Shown: piece by piece, positions 51,787 to 63,600 of the stretch
How the letters are laid out: each line of letters opens with the position of its first letter
Position numbering within the stretch: position 1 is the first letter of the stretch
Assembly: GCA_905178155.1 (NCBI GenBank)
Contig: CAJINV010000002.1
Coordinates: 9,988,650 to 10,052,649, forward strand
From: Amoebophrya sp. A120
Lineage: Eukaryota; Protista; Dinoflagellata
Reading direction: 5' to 3'
Length of the DNA stretch: 64,000 bases
Made by a program: the position numbers and the translations under genes
The notes under the pieces: model-generated
Databases searched by the model: none
Told to the model about the DNA's origin: nothing
What the model saw: only the letters and a program-made list of their open reading frames with translations

Positions 51787-51931
51787 TATCCTGTGCAAAA
51801 GTATCGCGCTCGTATTGCAGTCATGCATTACAAATCTTTCTCTTAAGATAAATCAGCATTACATATTTTATCTCTCATGCTGAGGAAATTTGTAATGCAT
51901 TTATACGAGTACGACACTTTTGCAGTTCATA
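51787..51931. mobile_element. Family B element, 145 bp, TSD GGCCG
   Basis: Closely similar to 16845-16993. GGCCG at 51782-51786 and 51932-51936. One minus frame stays open across the repaired site (CEGWTG-HYSVDVHEL). Confidence 0.92.
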
Positions 51932-52515
51932 GGCCGGTCCATCCTTCACAGCTAGGACACCAGGGTAAAGAATCTATCGATAGGAATCCGAAGATCCGTC
52001 TGACAACTTGAAAAAGCAGGTGAAATACGCTACGTGTCGTGGTGCCCCCCATAAAATAAAAGCTGTGGCTCGCAGATTCAGTGTTGAGTATTAAATTTCA
52101 CGACTTCTGAGATCGAACGATCCATACTGCTACGCGTCTGACACGAGCTACGAAAGCTTCTGTCGTGGTGCGAGAAGCCCCGCTTTTCAGCATGTGTTTT
52201 GTTGTCGCTTTTGCACAAGACTTTTTCCGCCGTGTAAAAATCGCTTTCGATATATTTGGTAGACCTCTAAGACTGTTTTTCCAAATAAGACTGTTTTGTG
52301 TGTTGTGTATAGATAAAAACTCTAATAGACCGTGTTTGCTAAAAGAATAAGAAGATGAAAAAGGATGTGTATAGATAGATACTGTGGTATAATAAGCCAA
52401 CCGTAGTTGTTGCCTGCTGGAAAGAAATTCATAAACACTGTTGATTGGCTTTTAAAATCGCCGGTTGTTCTGATGTTTTCCGAGAAGATAAGCGTCGCTG
52501 GGAGATGAATAAGTA

Positions 52516-55500
52516 CTACTGGTCGTCTTGTCGCCTGCCGGCCATCGTAGGCCGCTTCGTGTTGAGCCGGAAAAACATCGAAGAATTTTTTCTTCTGTGC
52601 GCTAAACCCTCGCTCTTCTCACGCCGCGGGCAGGGGAGCCGCGGGTGGATTTTCGAGCATCGCACTCGCTGGGTCGCGCTTCGCGTACATGACTTCCAGA
52701 TCCGCCCACAGCGTTTTTCTTCTTTCCTTCTTCCCCATCTCCTCCTCCAGCGATGCGCGATTGTTGGCGCTACACTCGTCAAACAGCGGGGGATCCGCTT
52801 CCATCAGCAGCTTCAGCACGTTGAATGTGAGCCCGTGGACCTTTTATTGATAATTTCCTCTATATCTCATATTCAACCAACAACAAATCGTGGCTGTCTG
52901 TTCTTACGGAGACCAGCACCTACAAGGAATCGCATCCACGCGCAGCCACCTGTATGGAATGGAATCGCTGCGCGATTGGGAATGCAAAGAGAAAAACACC
53001 GTCTAGGAAAATACGACATGACCCTCGCCAGGACATGGAAACAAGCGCGAAATAAGATACCGCCGAGTTCCAGTGGTGCTTCGAGGTGTTATACAGCGCA
53101 CCGAGCACGATGGGAAAGAGTTCTTTTCTGTTGGAATTGATCAGCTTCACTATGTAGTCGTTGTTCCACAAAAACAAACTTCGCTCCGCCACCTGGAAAT
53201 GCGGGCAGTCGATACCTGTTGTTTTTCTTTCCGCTGATCGTACATGCAAATAAACCTATGTGCTGTCGTCGAAGCTAGTGCCAACACCATCTCACAAGGG
53301 GCTGCTCCTCCACTGAGAGTAGAACTACGCAACTGATTGTCAAGAACAGGTCGTTGTGTACAACGATTATGCAGGTAAAATCGAAAATGTGTACATAATG
53401 CAACGCGCTTGAAGAGCTGCTTTTGGATGGCGACGAACTCTGGTGGCTGCACGAGTTCCATATCAAATGCAAAAGTGTCTGGGTCTGGAAACTTGTAATG
53501 CTGCATTGGGAATAGAAGTGAATGCTTTGTAATGCACAGACAAGCATGCGAAATATCTGCGCTGCCTTGTGTTGCGTTTTCCGCACAACAAACTGCGTTT
53601 TTGCATGACAGGGAAAAGGTTCTTTTCTTGAACACGCATCACAAGCTTTTCAGCCATGCCGGACAAGCATGACAAACCTTCAGTTCTTCCAGACCCAGAC
53701 ATTTTTGCATTTGATATTCCAAGATCTCCTCCAATTCGTTCAGATAGAGTATCTGCTTGCTCGTCAGGCTCACTGGCCAGAACTTCAGCATGGAAATCAC
53801 AATGTCAATCGCCAACTTGGGATCCTTCTCCACAAACTGCGTCATACCTGTGTTGAGTCCAAATAGCATGAGCGAAGCAGTGTAGGATGCAGCGAGGAGC
53901 GCCAAGTACGGAAGAAGGAAAACACCAATCAAGCATCTACTTCTAGTTATTCTTGTTAGTTTCGCGAAACAAAAAAACGTCAACAACTGCAACCAGTATC
54001 AGTGTCTTACAGTAACTCAATTGCTGGTGGAAGCTCGCCAGGGACTTGACACTCTATGCACCCAAAAAATTTGCATCCTTTAATATCAGTTTGCCTATAC
54101 TGTATTTGCAGCATATTGCAACAAGCAGCTTTCAAAAAAAACTTCTCCAAACGGAGGACCACATGACATCGATTACAAGCGCTCTCCACTTCATCTTTTG
54201 GTGCCTAACCGTTCTATCGCGTGTTTTAATGCAAGCTGATAAGGATGTTGTTCCCGGTAGTTTTGGTCAGTTTCGTACTTTGTGCAGTGGTATCAGTGCG
54301 CGCACGAGAAAGTCCTTGTGCTCGTCCTTCAGTGGCAAGGCAAACCCGTTGATGATTGACCCGAGAATTTCCAGTAGCTCTCCGACGCCGTTGTGCATTT
54401 CTGACTCGTATATCACCTTGAAAAAGACGTGCTGTATCGCCCTTCGGATAAAGCTGCGCAGCGCCATAAACTTCCCGTATCTGAGTATGTATGTGAAAAG
54501 GAGAATGAAAATTATTTCATTTCTTTGTGGTCTGTACCTGCGCCTGGCAGATTTCTTTTTTTTTCCTTTTTCTACCACAACGAAAAGAACTTGACAAAAG
54601 GAAAAAAAACATACACTCTGTGCAGGATAGTTTTCAGGTAGTCCCGCTCTCGGCAGTCCTCGGAGTCAAACAGCTCCAGCAGTTTCAGCACGAAGTTTGC
54701 GTCGATAAATCGTTTTGCTATTTTGGGGTCGACGTCGTTGGAAACCACAAATCGGAGAAAAAACTCGTAAACCTGATTGCGCGTTATTCATGTTCTCGTA
54801 GATCACCTATCTAATCAGCACTTTGTGATGCAAAGAGATCGCCGTGATGAGATAGAAGTACAGGTAGTAGCAACTCCCAACCGGGGCTGGCGGTAGTAAA
54901 TATCATTCCATGTCATGACTTCAAAACCTTCCTGTAGTTTTCCCATTCATTGATTCGTCAAGTAGAATCCATGACAATTTTGTGTAGTAAAGATTGTACG
55001 ATTTGCAGGTGTGGCCATGCGGAATCAAGCTGCGGCTCGTCGTCCTCAGGGTCGTAGATTCGCATAATTGTTCTGTTGTTTCCTATCGACTGCAAAAACT
55101 TTGCCCCCAAATGTGTACTATTCGGATTCCTACAATTGGCTCAATCTTTGTCCGAGGGGAGACCGAAGACTCGCAACCTCTGCGATTATGCTAATTTACA
55201 AACAACATGCAACTCACATGCCAAAAGGTGGTACATTTGATTTTATTCGTCGTTCTTGTGTTCCTGCTATTCCATTCCAAAAGGATGGCCATCGCGATGC
55301 AATAGAGGGACAGCGACAAGGTTGCAGTCGATACTCGCCGGAAGTGATCTGAAAATGTTGGCGGCCACCATGTTGACGACGTCCTCCATTATGCTCTCCG
55401 TGAAGCAATTTCGGGTGTTGTTTATGTATTCCACGATTTCGAGAAGTGCTTGTCGCTTTGCTTCTTTTTCCGTTGGATTTGCCTCACTGTGGAAGTCGAA

Positions 55501-55872
55501 TACCGCCGCGCTGCAGGCTGCTAGTTTTCGGCGGAACAGCTCCCCTCGCTCGGACACTGGCGTTTCCCGCAGTGTTGGCAACGACCCGAAAAGAGTGCCG
55601 GGATCTGTTTGAAGGATAATCGAGACTTTTTACTCGTAATAACGGAGAGGTGGACAAGAGGATTTTATATGCACTGCACTGCCTTCTTCACAATGCATCG
55701 AAGAAAGAGATTCCACGTCCGCATGGGGTTGTGGTCTTTCCAAGAGAAAAATCGAAATCTATCTGTCAGATATTCTACCTCCTGACGCGGGCCTTGAGGC
55801 TCCGGGTTTTGCGGTCGCTTTGCCGACATCTTTTCTGCTTGGGGGTGCCCGCTTGCCCTCCTCGTTCCCCAT
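52516..55872 (-). CDS. Protein phosphatase 2A regulatory subunit B' (B56 family), multi-exon; start uncertain
   Basis: [18 protein letters not shown]; YEFFLRFV; [22 protein letters not shown]; [23 protein letters not shown]; LNELEEILE; [10 protein letters not shown]; HWN. Canonical introns (e.g. 53216-53394, 52841-53060, 53848-54010) plus one introner. Confidence 0.95.
53461..53716. mobile_element. Family A introner, 256 bp, TSD TTCCA
   Basis: TTCCA at 53456-53460 and 53717-53721. Removal restores B56 [16 protein letters not shown]. Confidence 0.95.
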
Positions 55873-57623
55873 CCGTCGCTTGATATCCCACAGAAAAAAA
55901 CTGGCAGGTCATATTTGTAATGCAAAAATAACTAGAAAAAAAAATTTGTATTGCATATCCGAAACAGCATGCTATGAGGCCGCCCATGACAGATCTTTCT
56001 GTGTATTTATTTTTGCATTACAAATATGCCGGGCCAGCTTTTTTCTGTGGGATACTTGACTGTCTGTATCAACTTCATCTTCCCGGGGTCTTGCTTTCGA
56101 ACCTTCCCGATGGAATGAACAAAAGTTCTTTGCGTGTGGTACTTAGGGTCGTGATGAAGTGATGCCACCCAACAACTTGCCGCTCGTATAAGGAGAGAAA
56201 AAGTTACGCAGTCTAAAAACGGATTCTTCTTATGGTTCCCCGTGCTGGTCCTCTACTTCCCGATCGATCTACTCTTACTGGATAGTAGTAGACAATTTTC
56301 CACCTCCGAAGTGCTGCTTCTTTTCGAGAAGTCCTGCTGGTAACTTCTCACTTCTACTGCTTTCCACAAACGAGGAGAGAAGGAGCGGCTTCGTCTCGAC
56401 CGCACATGGGGACGGACAAGCCATCGTATGCGTCGGAGGTCTCAGCAACAGTTGACCGGCATCCTGTTTCGAACCACGTCCTCTCCTGCACGGGCGCCGC
56501 CATTTCAGAGGTTACCAAGACATCAAGCCGATATCGATCAGTGCGAGGGCAGCAGCTTCTAATAGCGATTTTTTGGTGTGCGCAACGTTAAAAAAATTGG
56601 GGGGACGGAATTTTTACAGCACTTTAGATAGTAGCAGTTCTACCTTGCGAACAATCGTTTTTACAATGCGCGGAGGAGAATTGAGAACCCTATTCCTCGT
56701 CGCAGAAACTATATCACTAGCGGTCAACACAACTTCAAGTGAAAATCAAGATTCCCAAATAATTCTTGTGTGCCGTGTAGTAAATTTTCTCCTCGGAAAT
56801 CACAGCTCTGCAAGACGACAGGGTAGTACTCAACACACATGAAATTCAAAATCCTAATTTGTACAGCAACTAATTAAGTTGAAGACCCTGTAGCGCGATG
56901 GGCAACTGTAGAGAAAAATGTCTTGCCATGCTTCGGACTTGTAGTTATAGATGATATTCTATCTGCACTTCTTAGAGCCGCTGTGATGTGGTCGCAGTCA
57001 CAACATTAGTGAAGACTGCCGATCAGTGGTGTCTTCTCAGTTGTGATGAAAAAACACTCATTCCTGGTTTGTTATGTCTACTATTTCACATACTTACTAC
57101 TCCTTCCTCGTCCATCGTTTTCGTGCGTGCATTGATGTTGTGAAAGTGTTCAAGTCTACCAGAATTCGATTTCGAATTCGTTGCACTCTCGTGCATGATT
57201 GGCATCAAAACTACATGCTGCGCTACCACTAGAGGTGCGGCAACAGTTTCTTTCTGGGTTCTCTTCAAAAAAAAGGATCGAATCATTTTTCTACTACACT
57301 CAAGAATTGCACATGCATGCAGAAACAGTGCGGGCGCACTTGTCCTGAACAACCGTGTTGACTCATCTCGCACAATAGGAACACAGCACATCTCAGATCT
57401 AGTACCACTTGCGTGCAAACAAGCGAGGTGCTCTACTCAAATGAATCCTTGCTTTCATACAGCTTGTTCAAATCATTTCATAACAGTCGCTAGAATAAGA
57501 GTTCCGATGATTGTCTGTGCCTCCTGTCGCACTGCTTGCGCGTGAAGAACGGAAATAACGCACCCGATCGCTTCTGACGGTCGATAGCGCGCCGTCGGCA
57601 ACTTGGTCACCTGCCTGTACCAA

Positions 57624-60600
57624 TCAGCTATTGTCAATGGTGTTGATCATGTGCTGCGTGATGATACTGGTTCCCTTCTTTGGGTCTTTCGACACCCGCC
57701 AGTAGCGTTCGCACACCTGTTTCCGCGACAGCATCTGCACGAAGGTTTCGTCGTGCGTGATGATCATGAGCTGGAACCCACTGTGGTCCCGGCGGGTTTC
57801 GATCAAAGAGCCCAGCGCTTCCGCCAGCGCCTCGATGTTTTTCTCGTCCAGATTGGTCGTGGGCTCGTCCAGCGCCAAAATCCCGCACTGACACCCGAAG
57901 GAATCCGCCAGTGCGAGTCGCGTGATCAGACTGGCGAGCACCTTCTGTCCCGCGGAGCACCGGCCCCGCATGTCCAGCTCCGTACCGTTGGCCAGCATCA
58001 TCACGAGGCGGTAGTTGTAGGACCGACTGCCCGCCCCGCCCCGCTTCACCTGCGCAGCTTGTACAGGATTACTATTCGCGACGCCTTCGTTCAGCTGCAA
58101 GGGGTCACTATTCAGGTTGTTTGCCGCAGCTCCCGTCGCGTCCTCGGCGTCGGAGCGGATCTGCACGTACTCGATATCCTTTCCCTTGTAGATTTCCTGC
58201 CACAGGCTCCGCATGGTGAAGTTGATTTCCATCATCTTTTCCTGGTGAAACTTCATCAGAGCCACGTCCAGGCTGTTGAAGTACTTTTGGCAGTCCTGGG
58301 CCGCGGTTTTCACGCTCTGCTCCTCGATGATGGCTTTCCGGTACCGCTCGTCAATGTCCTGGTACAGGCTGGAATCCAAATTGTATCAAAATGAAAAATC
58401 CCCCCTCCCCATATCGCAACGAAGTTTCTGATGCTGGATTTCCGTACACAAATCGCAGCTGTCTTGCAGTACAGGACTGCAGGCGTATGCCAAGCCTCAG
58501 TCGAGAGGTTTTGACGTAGGTGCCTAGCATGGCAAACGTGTATGCTCTAAGCCCAGCAGCATCACAAACGGCCTGCAAAATGCGGGGCGCTCTTTGGACA
58601 TGCCTTCTTGCAAGACAGACAGGATTTGAGGTCACAAATGCGCATCACAAATTTTCAGACGGATGCGTTTTCAATATGGGGAGGGGGGATTTTTCCTTAC
58701 GATAAATTCCTCTGTGCGTCCAGCATCTCCACACCGATCTGGTGCAAGCTTCCCTGGATCTTCCCCCGGTCATTGATCGCCTGCTCGGTTTTCACCTGGA
58801 GTTGCTGCGCCAGCTGGTGCTCGGTCTCTGTCAACTGTTGCATCGCCGTCTTCATACTGCTGGGGGGCGCGTTTTGAAGATTTCCTATTTGTTCACTGGC
58901 AGATGATGAAGACGATGCCTGGTGGTTTTGTTGCCGTAGCTGCTGGAAAATCTGCGCCACGGGCTGCGGCAGGTAGCTGTCACCGAGATTGGCCAAATTG
59001 ATATCATTGTGACCACCACCGGCGACGTTGCTCGAGGACGATGCGGCCGCGGCGTTGCCGCTCCTCACGGGCGTCGGGGAGAAATCTGAGCCGCTAGACG
59101 AGTTATTCGGGTGGAACAAAGCACTATTTTGCTGTTGTTCTTCCATCTTAACCTCCACCTGGTCTGGCGACGACGGAGTCACGGCCGTCCCGGTCGCCGG
59201 AGGATAATTATTTCTGCCGCTATTTCCACTTTCTTGTTCGCGGAGGACATTCCGGCTCCACAGCTCGACCTCCTCGTAGCACTTTCGCAGCTCTCGCCAG
59301 TCGTCGGCGACTTTCAGCTCGTTGCTGTACTTCTCACAATCCGCTTGGGTGCGGTAGAGTTGGAGATTCTTCGCAAGCCAAAACACTTTGGTCTGCAGGT
59401 CGGCCAGGCTGCTCACCACCTCGTCCTTTTGCTGCTGTTTTTCTTTGTAACTCTTTTCCTTTTCGGAGACCGCGAGCTCGGCGCGCTTCAACTCTTCCCG
59501 CACACTCTCCGCGTTCCGGATCTTCTGTTCCAGCTTCTCAATGTCGGTGTTCAGCTCCTGCAGCTTCTGCATCTTGTTCGCCAACTCCGTTTGCTGCCGC
59601 TCCAGAAACTGCACAATCTGCTTCTGCAAGTTCTCGAAGTTCCGGCACTCCAGCTCCACCTGTTTCAGCTGCTCCTGGACCTGCGCGGAAAAGCTGTCCA
59701 GCTGCTGCAGATTGGCGCTCAACGCGACCAACTCCTGCTCCACGTTGGCAACTTGCTTCTGCAGCTCCTCTTTCCGCGTCATCTTCTCCTGCAGCAGCTG
59801 AAACCTGGACTGCAATTCTGTGAGCCGCTGCCGCCGCCGCTGCTCCTCTTCGTTCAGCTGGTTCAGCTGCTGCTGCTTCTGGTCCAGCGTCCGCTCCAGC
59901 TGGTTCGACTGCTCGAACAGGGCGGAGAGCTCCTCCCGCTCTCGCGTCAGCTCGTTCTTTCCGGCCGTTTGCGACGTTCCCGCACTTGTTTGCCCGAGTA
60001 GCGCGGCGGGGTTGCTGATCGACATCTCCTTGTCGCGCAGGTTCCGCTCCGCGTCCCGCAGCTCTTCCTCCATGCGCAGCAGTTGCTGAAAATGCACAAT
60101 AACCGGCTTGAACGAGTTTTGTTCCTCCACCAGCTTCGCGAATTCCGCCTGCAAATTCGTGATGTCGAACTGCTTCTCCTGCACGAGTTTTTGCTTCGCC
60201 GTGTTGTTCTCCTGCTCGGCGCCAAGTTTCTGCTGGCACTCCTGCAGTTCCGCGAACTTCGGTTTCAAATTTTCCATCGCCGCGAGCTCCGCTTCCAACT
60301 CCTTCACTTTGGCTCCTGATTCCGCTCCGCACTTCTTTTCGATCATCTGTCGCAGCTTCGCTACCTGCGCTACCAGGGCTTGCCTTTCCGCCTCGTTGGC
60401 AAAGGGTCGCTTGCACATCTCGCGTATCCTGCGTAACAACGCCCTCACGGGGGAATAAAAATCCAGATGGGGCTTCCGCGCGAAGCAGTCTTTATTAAGC
60501 GAGGGACTTCACCACTTAAGCGAAGCACTTAAGCGAAGCAGTTAAGCGAAGCACTTCAGCGAAGCACTTAAGCGAAGCACTTCAGCGAAGCAGTTAAGCG

Positions 60601-63600
60601 AAGCACTTCAGCGAAGCACTTGAGCGAAGCACTTCAGCGAAGCACTTGAGCGAAGCACTTAGGCGAAGCACTTAGGCGAAGCACTTAGGCGAAGCACTTA
60701 GGCGAAGCACTTAAGCGAAGCACTTAAGCGAAGCACTTAGGCGAAGCGCTGCACTTAAAGCACTATTTAAACGGGGCACTACTTAAGCGGGTCACTACTT
60801 GAGCGGGGCACTACTTAAGCGGGGCACTACTTAAGCGAGGCACCAGTTAAGCGAGGCGCTGCCCCTAAGCGAGGCACTACCTGTGCGAGGCACTAATTAC
60901 GCGAGGCACTACTAATGCGACGCACTACTTATGCGAGGCACTACCCAATCCAGGCACTACTTAAGCTAGGCACTACTTAAGCCAGGCACTACTTAAGCGC
61001 AGCACTACTTAAGCGAGGCACTACTTAAGCGAGGCAGTACTCAATCCAGGCACTATTTAAGCCAGGCACTACTTAAGCGAGGCAGTACTTAAGCGAGGCA
61101 CTACTCAATACAGGCACTACTTAAGCCAGGCACTACTTAAGCCAGGCACTACTTAAGCCAGGCCCTACTTGCGCGAGGCACTACTTAAGCCAGGCACTAC
61201 TTAAGCCAGGCAATACTTGAGCGAGGCACTACTTAAGAAGCGAGGCACTACTTAAGCGAAGCACTACCTGCGCGACGCACTGCATAGGCGAAGCACTACT
61301 TACTTCAGCGAGGCACTACCTTCTCCACCTGAGGTGCGGTACTATTTCAGCACTACCTAAAGCGACGCACGGCTTAGACGAGGGGCTACTTGAGCTCGGA
61401 GCCACTCCGAAACAGTTAAGCGAGGCCCTTCTGCGAAGTACTACTTGAGCAGCGAAAAACTACTTAAGCAAAACGCGTGAGCGAAGCACTAAAGCCTCGC
61501 GAGCAAAATTTGCATGACGAATCAATATGGCATCGAGAGAACGTTGCTCAACGGGATATCGCAGCAATCCTTTTTCAGGGATCTCTCTTCCATCGCGTTG
61601 TACAACTTAGCACCATTCTCGATCAACGCGAAGTTGCTCCTTTGGCCTTCGAGGCGTTCTTTTACGTCGGCCAGCTTCTGCTCAAAATCGGCCAGATCGG
61701 TGAACGCGCTGAGCTCTTGCCTCAGCCTGGCTGCGCCGCTTCCCAGTCTCTCGACCTCCTTGTCGCTGTAGGTTTTTTCCGAGATCCCCTTGTGGTGCTC
61801 CTTTTGCTTCGCGTCCGTTTGGCCTCTCAAAGTCGCGAGCATTTGGTTCCCGTGCTGCTCGATTTTCTGCGCTTGCTGCAGGCACTGCTCCGCGATTGCG
61901 GGAAAGCAGGACGAAGCAGCTCCGGCTGGTAATCCGAACGACGTGCCGGAACTACTGCTGAAGTTGTTCGTGGAGAAATTATTGCTGGATGTCGAGAAGC
62001 CTCCCACATGGCTATTGGTCACCCCTCCGGCAGCCGATCCAGTTGTAGACAGCAGTCCCTCGATGCTGCTTCTCGCCTCGTGTCCGAACCAACTTCCGGG
62101 CGCGAGGCCCGCAATGACGGTCTTTACCTGCACCTTCTTCTCGTCCAGCTCTTTCAGTTTCTCCTGCTTCGCGTTTTGCAGGAACTCCACCTCCATCAAC
62201 AGCTTTGATTGCTCCTCCAAAACCTGGATCCGGTCCTGTTTCTCCTGAAACGAAAATTGCAGGTCGTGCTTCTCCTTCCTCAATTTCGCGACTTCCCTCT
62301 CCAGCTCGTTTTTCCGCGTTTGCGTTTCCGCCCCCGCGGTCTGGGTCTGCTGCTGCACCTTCTGCAATTCGCTCTGCACCTGCTCGTACTCGCGCTGCAC
62401 TTTTTGGTAATTCTGCTGTTCCTGAAACAGCTGCGCCTTCCGCTGCTGCAGCTCGCGCTCCCGCGCGCGTTGCGACTCGCACTGGATCCGCGCATCCTGC
62501 GCTTTCTTGCCGATCCCCTGCACGTTCTGTCTTTTTTGCTCCAGTTCCGCCGCCTGCCCCTTCTGCAGCTGCTGCAACTTCGCGCCGTGCTTCAGGCACA
62601 GCTGCTGCAGCGCGCGCATCGTCTCCCCGTCGTGGTGCTGTAGTTGCACGAGGGTTTGCTGGTTCTTGTTCTGCACCCCCGCGGAGGAGGAGGAGGAGGA
62701 GGCTCCTGCAGATGGTGTAGAAGTAACAGTGTTGTACACCTGTCGCTGCAGAACTTGTTTCATCTTTTGGTCCAACTCCCCCTCCAAAACGGCTTTGAGC
62801 GAGCAACTTTGCACCAAGCTAGCACCGACCTGCGACATCAGTTGCGACGCTTGCGGCTGGCTCCCGAGCATGGCGGCCAAATTCTGTTCGCTGTCCTTCC
62901 CAACAGTCGTCAAAATCTCTCCGCGCCACAGCTCCTCGCGCCGCTCGTTTCGGGTTTTCAGCAAATCGCCCGCGGCGGCGACCTCGCCGATCTCCGAGCG
63001 GAGCTGCTTCACCGTTTGCTGAACCTGCTGAAACTCCTGGTTTGCCAAGTGTTCCTCCTGGTCGAGCTTTTCCTTTTTCTTCCCCAGCTCGGGGATGGTC
63101 GTGTCTGTCAAGTTATCAAATGTAAAAATGTCTGGGTCTGGAAGATTGCCAGGTTTGTCATGCACATTTTGCATGACTCCTGATGTCTGTGATGCCTGTC
63201 CTAGCATCACAGATTTTGTGAGGGCTTCCTGATGCCTATACCGCATGACAAATGCTCTCTCCGTGTAGCAAAACTTGGACTCTCTTTGCTGCTCATGCAA
63301 TACAGATTTTTTTTTAGAATCCAAAATCTGCATGACAAGTTGGATTCTTCCAGACCCAGACATTTTTACAGTTGATACAAGTCTTTGCTTTCTTCCTCCA
63401 GGTCCGTGACGATCTCCCGCGTCGTATCCTGAGCAAAAACGTCCCCACCCCAGAGTCAAGATGGGGAATCCGCTAGGCAAAACCGCCACCTCTGGTTGTT
63501 TCGCATGACAAATTTATCCTCGTAGTGTAATCCTCTTTAGCTAGTTCCGAAGCATCACAGATCTAGCATATCATGCTGATTCTAGCATTACAAATTCCAA

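Noticed and set aside
48125-56279. Identical 15-mer CGATCTACTCTTACT at 48125-48139 and 56265-56279, upstream of RPS7 and B56
   Set aside because: Two occurrences at very different distances from the starts; not enough to call a regulatory site.
60514-61320. Repeat array as a CRISPR locus or telomeric repeat
   Set aside because: Units are contiguous with no unique spacers, there are no cas genes, the context is eukaryotic, and the array lies inside a RAD50 intron.
8110-63489. Recurrent peptides LPDPDIFTFD and VKMSGSGR as a repeated protein domain
   Set aside because: They are translations of the family A TIR, where ORF calls run into the elements.
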